Source of the DNA: Lingula anatina
Taxonomy: Eukaryota > Animalia > Brachiopoda
Direction: 5' to 3'
NCBI GenBank assembly: GCA_051362555.1
Contig: CM120640.1
Coordinates: 46,912,788-46,976,787 of the forward strand
DNA: 64,000 nt
The position numbers and the translations under genes were made by a program. This document shows positions 63,204 through 64,000 of this stretch, one piece after another. Position 1 is the stretch's first letter. Each line of letters begins with the position of its first letter. Below the pieces are notes generated by a model. That model was not told where the DNA came from and ran no database searches. It worked only from the letters and a program-made list of their open reading frames with translations.

Positions 63204-63814
63204 GCAGAGACATCGGACAGAGAGAACAGTCAGCAGATGCAGTATAAAGAGGTGGATTGTCTTTAAACATTAATTACAAACAATTAGAGAACTTATTCCT
63301 AACAATTGGTCAGTCAACCCCCCAAGGCTGTCGTCTCCCACAGCTAATAAAAAGAAGATGCAACTGAAAACACAGTTACTCTGTCCTAGGACTTACTCAT
63401 CATCAACATGCTTTCCTTGCAACAGATTTCAGCCAACACTTCAGCCTATCCACGTGCTTCAAGGTTGAGGGTCAAAGTTGTAGCGACCACTGAAACTACA
63501 TCCTATACTGACAAGAAAGGCCAGGTGAAAGGCATGACCGAAGTCGGTGTGGAGGACAAATCGGGAGCTAGGAAGATGGCTCTTTAAGGGGCCAAGCAAA
63601 GAAAGGAGATCTGGGAGAGGATAACCTATTGATGTGCCATGCCCCCTGCCCAGACTGATTATCAAAAGTACAAGTATAAGCATCTCATATATTCCAGCAA
63701 ACTAGACAGTTCCATTATTAAGAAAAAAAAAAGAAAGGAAGAAAGAAAGAAAACAAAAAGGAAAACAAAATAAGTCTTATTGGGAATGTATATTCAGAAA
63801 TAATAGTATCTGCC

Positions 63815-64000
63815 CCAAATGTTTTGGACAAAACCAAAACAACTGTTAAACTAAAGTTTGTCAATGATGCTATTTCACCAGCATGATGTGATATTGCGAT
63901 ATTTGCGCTTAACATTCATCTGCATAGGATTATCAATTGATCTCCAAAAGGAACCAATTAACTGTTTTGCAATAACGTTTCAAAACCAATGCATCATATT
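63815..64000 (+). repeat. Duplicate of 47807-47991 (intron upstream of the OB-fold exon)
   Basis: GACAAAACCAAAACAA..TTTCACCAGCATGATGTGATATTG..GATCTCCAAAAGGAACCAATTAACT is shared. Confidence 0.85.

Overview
Eukaryotic, AT-rich, intron-containing animal DNA; the repeat families suggest a marine invertebrate such as a mollusc (inference). Left part (1-19.5 kb) holds host genes: three tandem minus-strand folate-receptor/riboflavin-binding-like genes (two intact, one pseudogene) lying head-to-head with a 5-exon P-loop sulfotransferase-like gene. The rest (22-64 kb) is a nest of transposons: HINE/Helentron-type elements with 146- and 161-bp satellites, a Ginger-like integrase-OTU-F-box element, a domain-permuted BEL/Pao ORF, Harbinger MITEs and a MADF remnant, a DIRS remnant split by a TA-target DNA element, a MULE remnant, an apparently intact piggyBac, Kolobok elements, an Ngaro-like SGNH insert, and a large decayed Helentron with SET, OTU, DUF6570, AP-endonuclease and RPA-like OB-fold cargo. 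Family assignments come from motifs read by eye; no database searches were run, and boundaries of decayed elements are approximate.
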